Source: an uncultured Alphaproteobacteria bacterium
GTDB lineage: Bacteria; Pseudomonadota; Alphaproteobacteria; Sphingomonadales; Sphingomonadaceae
Length of the DNA: 64,000 bases
Assembly: GCA_963759895.1 (NCBI GenBank)
Contig: CAVXBC010000001.1
Span: forward strand, 23,659-87,658
Direction: 5' to 3'
Shown piece after piece: positions 59,906 to 64,000 of this stretch. The first letter of the stretch is position 1. Each line of letters begins with the position of its first letter. The notes under the pieces are model-generated. The model ran no database searches. It saw only the letters and a program-made list of their open reading frames with translations, and was not told the DNA's origin. Made by a program: the position numbers and the translations under genes.

Positions 59906-60862
59906 ATGGGCTGGCTGGTCGAGCAGGGGATCGGCGAGGAACGCGCGCTGCGCTACGAAGGCGGGCACGCGGTGGCTGCGCAGTTGCGCTGGCCGGGCAC
60001 GCTAGAGGCCGGGATGATCGCCGATGCGATGCTGATCGAGCGGGCGCAGGGATCGCAGCGCGGGCGTGCCCGCTTTGCCAGCGGAGAAGATGCGCTGGTC
60101 GACCGGCTACCGCGCGATGCCAGCGAAGGCGCGCCGCTCCGGCTTGAAGTGACTCGCGCCGCCGCGCGCGAGCATCGGCGGGCCAAACCGGCGCAGGCGC
60201 GGCCCACTACGATGGATCCATGCGCAGCCCCCACCCTTGCGGACACGCTCGACGCCGAAATCGTTCGCCGCTTTCCCGACGGTGCATGGGACGAACTGTG
60301 GGCCGAGGCAGCCGACGGTATGGTCGCCTTCCCCGGCGGCCTGCTGCACTTCGCGCCGACCGCGGCGATGACGCTGATCGACGTCGACGGCGGACTGCCA
60401 CCGCGTGCATTGGCACTGGCAGCGGTCGAACCACTCGCCGCCGCGCTCGACCGGTTCGGGCTGGGTGGTTCGATCGGGATCGACTTTCCCACGCTGCCCG
60501 CGCGCGAGGATCGCAAGGCGGTCGACTCCGCGCTGGGCGAAGCGCTGGCGCGGTGGGACCACGAGCGCACCGCGATGAACGGCTTCGGATTCGTTCAGCT
60601 GGTCGCGCGCGTTACGCGCCCCTCCCTGCTCCACCGCGTGCAGTTCGAGCCATTCGCCGCGGCTGCCCGGCTGCTATTGCGGCGAGCCGAGACCCTCGAT
60701 CGCGCGGGGACGTTGCTGCTGACCGCGCATTCGCGGGTGCTGGCCGAGATCGGCCCCGAATGGGTGGCCCAGCTGGCCCGGAGGACCGGGCGCACGATCG
60801 AGCTTGCACCCGACCAGTCGCTTGCAACCCACGCCGGCCATGCCCAGATCGTCGCCCGATGA
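59906..60862 (+). CDS. Ribonuclease E/G family protein (short, RNase G-like)
   Basis: ATG 59906 within ORF 59756..60862 (MGWLVEQGIGEERAL...). TLIDVDG and SIGIDFP resemble the RNase E/G catalytic-core motifs. The conserved alphaproteobacterial infA-maf-rng-yacG context supports the call. Confidence 0.65.
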   Translation: MGWLVEQGIGEERALRYEGGHAVAAQLRWPGTLEAGMIADAMLIERAQGSQRGRARFASGEDALVDRLPRDASEGAPLRLEVTRAAAREHRRAKPAQARPTTMDPCAAPTLADTLDAEIVRRFPDGAWDELWAEAADGMVAFPGGLLHFAPTAAMTLIDVDGGLPPRALALAAVEPLAAALDRFGLGGSIGIDFPTLPAREDRKAVDSALGEALARWDHERTAMNGFGFVQLVARVTRPSLLHRVQFEPFAAAARLLLRRAETLDRAGTLLLTAHSRVLAEIGPEWVAQLARRTGRTIELAPDQSLATHAGHAQIVAR

Positions 60863-61032
60863 CGACGACGCCCCGCCCCTGCCCGATCTGCCGCAAGCCG
60901 CGTAGCGCAGTCCATGCGCCGTTCTGTTCGACCCGCTGCAAGGACCGCGACCTGGTTCGCTGGTTCTCCGATGGCTACAGCGTGCCCGGCCCGCCGGCCG
61001 ATCCGGAAGAGATCGACCGCACTCTCGACTGA
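60859..61032 (+). CDS. yacG: DNA gyrase inhibitor YacG (zinc finger)
   Basis: ATG 60859 (ATGA overlap with the previous gene) gives MTTTPRPCPICRKPRSAVHAPFCSTRCKDRDLVRWFSDGYSVPG. CPxC...C-x-x-RC zinc ribbon plus DL-x-x-W is the YacG pattern. Confidence 0.85.
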   Translation: MTTTPRPCPICRKPRSAVHAPFCSTRCKDRDLVRWFSDGYSVPGPPADPEEIDRTLD

Positions 61033-61129
61033 CGGGGCCGATTGACCCCCTTGCCAAGCGCGGCGCCCTTGGCCATAGCGCCGCCTCGCCAACCGCCCCG
61101 GTCATGCTGACCATGGGCGAGCAGTGCCT

Positions 61130-61205
61130 GCCTCGGTAGCTCAGTTGGTAGAGCATGCGACTGAAAATCGCAGTGTCGGTGGTTCGAATCCGCCCCGAGG
61201 CACCA
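61130..61205 (+). tRNA. tRNA-Phe (anticodon GAA)
   Basis: 76-nt cloverleaf: acceptor GCCTCGG/CCGAGGC, D-arm AGCTCAGTTGGTAGAGC, anticodon stem TGCGA/TCGCA with loop CTGAAAA (GAA), T-loop GGTTCGAATCC, encoded CCA end. Confidence 0.95.
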
Positions 61206-61268
61206 CTGTTGCCGCTGGCCTGCCCTGCGACTGGCGAACCCGCGATTCAATTGCTGACACCTGGAATA

Positions 61269-62513
61269 TCAGTGGGCGCTAGCCGTCGGCTGAACCTGGG
61301 CGAAGCTACGCGCCAGCAAAGCAATCGCCGCCAGCACCACCACCGCCCACCCGGCGTGGCTCATCATGCCTTCGAACATGCTCACCACGCCCGCGCCTGC
61401 GCCGGTCGCGCGGTTGACGATCCAGCCGCACGACGCGGCCACCGCGAACCCGGCGAGGCCGATCCGGAGCGGTGTGTACCACGAGCCACGCGACAGGATC
61501 AGCAAGCTGGGAGCGACTGCGAGCACCACGCCGAGCTGGACAAGCTCGATGCCCAGATTGAAGCCGAGCAGGCTGGCGGCCGAACTGGCGGCGCCGGCAT
61601 CGGCCTGCAACACCAGCGTCGCGAAGGCGAGTCCATGAACCAGGCCGAACCCGGCGGCGATCAACGGTTCGCGTCCCGGCACCAGCGGCCGGATAGCGTG
61701 GATCGCCGACACCAGCACCGAAACCGCGATGGCGATCTCGACCGGCGCGGTGGGCAGCTTCCAGCCCCCCAGCGTGGCCCCGATCAGGGTCAGACTGTGG
61801 CCGATGGTAAAAGCGGTGACAATCCGCGCGAGCTTGCCGATGGTGTCGCGCCACCCGCGCGGATCGGCCCACCGCCCCCCGCGCGCGATCAGCGGCGCTG
61901 GCAGTAGCAGCGCGAGCAGGAACAGCAGGTGATCATAACCGCCGGCGATATGCTGCATTCCCAGCGCAATCGCGCTCGATAGCAGCGCGACCGTGCTGTT
62001 GTCCTTCAGCTTGACCGCGAGCCGTGTCTGGCCTTGACGGACCGCGCCCAGGATGACCCGCTCCTCGCCCTTGCCCGACATGACGAACAGCGCGAAGTGG
62101 CTCGGCAGCCGATCGACCACCACCCGCCAGTCGATGGTGAAGTTGCGCGGTTCAGCGCCCCTTGGCGGGATCAGCCGGGCGGTCGCGTGCAGATCGGGCG
62201 GGCCTGCGATCCGAACGAATTCGGCCGTGTCGATCGCTATTGTCCAGCGCTCGCCTCCGGGCCCGAAAACCGCGAACCGGTCGAGCAGGTAGGCGCGCGC
62301 GCGATCGAGCGAGGCACGCGAACCATCGATCGGATTGCCGGTGGCATAGGCATATTCGCCCTGGGGTACGATGATGTCGGCCGCGACGATGCCGTCACGC
62401 GGATCGAGCACCACTTCCGAATTGGGCGTCAGGTGCGCGGCGGCGGGGAGCGGGGCACACGCCATCGCGAACATCCAAGCCGCCGCCAGCGCGCGGAACA
62501 GCCGTCGGCTCAT
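61269..62513 (-). CDS. HupE/UreJ family membrane protein with an N-terminal periplasmic domain
   Basis: ORF 61269..62663(-). Start set to ATG 62513 (MSRRLFRALAAAWMFAMACAPLPAAAH signal; ATGA overlap with the upstream TPR gene stop). C-terminal half GYDHLLFLLALLL...FTIGHSLTL...GLVHGLAFA is the HupE/UreJ (Ni/Co transporter-like) pattern. Confidence 0.7.
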   Translation of the reverse strand: MSRRLFRALAAAWMFAMACAPLPAAAHLTPNSEVVLDPRDGIVAADIIVPQGEYAYATGNPIDGSRASLDRARAYLLDRFAVFGPGGERWTIAIDTAEFVRIAGPPDLHATARLIPPRGAEPRNFTIDWRVVVDRLPSHFALFVMSGKGEERVILGAVRQGQTRLAVKLKDNSTVALLSSAIALGMQHIAGGYDHLLFLLALLLPAPLIARGGRWADPRGWRDTIGKLARIVTAFTIGHSLTLIGATLGGWKLPTAPVEIAIAVSVLVSAIHAIRPLVPGREPLIAAGFGLVHGLAFATLVLQADAGAASSAASLLGFNLGIELVQLGVVLAVAPSLLILSRGSWYTPLRIGLAGFAVAASCGWIVNRATGAGAGVVSMFEGMMSHAGWAVVVLAAIALLARSFAQVQPTASAH

Positions 62514-63874
62514 CCGTGCGAAAACCACACCAGCGTGGTGGCGGGATCGAACATTCGCGGGTTGAGCGCGATCGCCGCGTCGCGCGCCGAACGAGCCTCG
62601 TCCCCGCGCCCGGCCAATTCGAGCGCCTGTGCGCGCAGGGCGAAGAGCGGCGCGCTCTTCCAACCGCTGCGTTCCGCCAGTGCGAGCTGGTGCAGTGCGG
62701 GATCGGTCTGTCCCCTCATCAGCAGCGCAGACGCCATCAGCAGCCGCGATTCACCAAACGGACGCGCGGCGAGGTTGGCGCGCGCAAGCTGTAACGCCCG
62801 CTGAGGCGTGCCGAACACCAGTTCATGTTCGAGCGCATGGCCGTATGCGGCCTCGGGAACCTGCTTCAGGCGCTTGGCCCACAGCGTACCCGCCCGGTCC
62901 GCCCATTGCCGGCTTTCGACAGCCTGGCCGTCGGTCCGCAGCAGCATCGCGAGCGCATCCATCACTTCGGCCGAAGGCACCCTCTGCGCGATCTTGCGCA
63001 TGGCGGCGATGCCGCCTGCCATGTCGCCCGCGATCGCGAGCGACTGCGCGCGATGCGCCTGAAACAGCCAGAAGCCGGGAAACTGGCGGTCCGCCACCGC
63101 GAACCACTGGGCGGCCGCAGGGTAGTTCCCACGAGCCTGTTCGACCGCGCCGATCTGCAGCGCGGTATTGGCGTGCTGGAACGGGGTCGCCTTGCGCGGA
63201 GCCGGGTCGGCGGCCTGGAACCGGCGGATGGCATCGTCGAAATCGCCCGATGCCTTAGCCAGGTTGGCCCGCCGATAAGCGACGCCGGCGCCAGGCTCGA
63301 CCAGTTCGGCGCGATCGTACCAGGTCCGCGCGCCCGCGAAATCGCCGCGGTAAAACGCGATGTCCCCGTGCAATCCGGCAAGTTCGGCCTGCTCGGCCAT
63401 GTCGGGCGGAACCACCGACGCATCCGCGATCGCCAGCGCGGCCTCGCTCTTGCCGAGCCGGTGGCTCATCATTCCCAGCACCGCAGCGGTCAGCGACGGT
63501 CCAGCGTTGGGGGGTGCGAGCGCTTGGGCGGTGTCGATCACCTTGCCGGCTTCGGCGAGGTCGTCAAAATCGGGGCTCAGCCGCGATCGTGCCATCCATG
63601 CGCGGGCCAGGCTTTCCTGGCGAAGCCATTCGTCGGGGGCATAGCGCACGCGCTCGCGGCCCAGTTCAAGCTGATCGTCTGCGCGCTTCATACCGTCGGA
63701 GTAGGAAGCCGGGCCAAAGCCGGCTTGCCCCCATTCGGCGGCGCTGGCGATCGCAGGGGCGGGTGGCGACCGCGACCAGTCAAGACCGATCGCGGCCGCC
63801 GCCCCCAGCAGCGGAATGACGATGTAGCGGGCCCGGCTCCAGCGGGAAGGTTTCTGGATCCGGGTTTCGTTCAT
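62510..63874 (-). CDS. TPR repeat-containing membrane-anchored protein
   Basis: ORF 62510..63931(-). Start set to ATG 63874 (MNETRIQKPSRWSRARYIVIPLLGAAAAIG, a TM anchor). The remainder is TPR-like repeats (AxxxYxxA/G patterns). Confidence 0.65.
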   Translation of the reverse strand: MNETRIQKPSRWSRARYIVIPLLGAAAAIGLDWSRSPPAPAIASAAEWGQAGFGPASYSDGMKRADDQLELGRERVRYAPDEWLRQESLARAWMARSRLSPDFDDLAEAGKVIDTAQALAPPNAGPSLTAAVLGMMSHRLGKSEAALAIADASVVPPDMAEQAELAGLHGDIAFYRGDFAGARTWYDRAELVEPGAGVAYRRANLAKASGDFDDAIRRFQAADPAPRKATPFQHANTALQIGAVEQARGNYPAAAQWFAVADRQFPGFWLFQAHRAQSLAIAGDMAGGIAAMRKIAQRVPSAEVMDALAMLLRTDGQAVESRQWADRAGTLWAKRLKQVPEAAYGHALEHELVFGTPQRALQLARANLAARPFGESRLLMASALLMRGQTDPALHQLALAERSGWKSAPLFALRAQALELAGRGDEARSARDAAIALNPRMFDPATTLVWFSHG

Positions 63875-64000
63875 CGCCGTTATTCGCCGCCTAGTCGGTT
63901 GCCGGACGCCCACCGCCCGGCAACCCGACACTTATCACGTTTTCGGCGTGGCACACGGGCTAAGGCCCGCCTTCGTCAGATCGTCGGCCAGCGCGTTGGT

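Noticed and set aside
63935-64000. Short minus-strand reading frame ending at 63935 (...TNALADDLTKAGLSPCATPKT*) that could be the C-terminal tip of a gene extending beyond the right edge
   Set aside because: Only 21 codons are visible, with no identifiable family and no way to distinguish it from a chance open frame.

Overview
This is about 64 kb of high-GC, densely coding chromosome. It looks alphaproteobacterial, probably Sphingomonadales-like. That placement is an inference from gene content and order (many TonB-dependent receptors, cpa/tad pilus genes, an infA-maf-rng-yacG-tRNA-Phe block); no database search was possible. I support about 50 protein genes, one tRNA-Phe and five rho-independent terminators. 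I saw no rRNA, CRISPR array, transposase, integrase or phage genes. Gene order, left to right: (1) housekeeping genes scpA(partial)-nagZ-SPOR-argS, a lipoprotein, ispH-thrB-rnhA, an FAD oxidoreductase and an alpha/beta hydrolase; (2) a Tad/Cpa pilus locus, cpaA-B-C-D-E-tadB-tadC, that lacks the cpaF/tadA ATPase and any Flp pilin; (3) a MarR-linked beta-oxidation operon in which the enoyl-CoA hydratase and the SDR dehydrogenase are frameshifted; (4) a 17-kb island (20.3-37.7 kb) with three TonB-dependent receptors. These bracket a TPR-sulfotransferase, a TPR-Asp/Asn beta-hydroxylase, a TauD-type dioxygenase, two unknown paralogues, two tandem small secreted two-Cys proteins and another secreted protein; (5) clpB; (6) a run of exported hydrolases (penicillin-acylase family, M16, M14); (7) uvrC, a glycine-zipper lipoprotein and a HI0933-type flavoprotein; (8) a frameshifted WS/DGAT with a basic tail, coupled to an alpha/beta hydrolase; (9) a DUF3592-like protein; (10) an atypical TonB-receptor-like protein with a repeat-bearing, Gly-rich insertion; (11) infA-maf-rng-yacG-tRNA-Phe; (12) a HupE/UreJ-TPR pair. 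The best candidate for an undescribed system is the receptor-linked sulfotransferase/hydroxylase island and its small secreted proteins. Its function is inference only. All calls come from reading motifs in the supplied translations and the DNA. Start codons were adjusted by eye using signal peptides, family N-termini, RBS-like purine runs and start/stop overlaps, and are less certain than stops.
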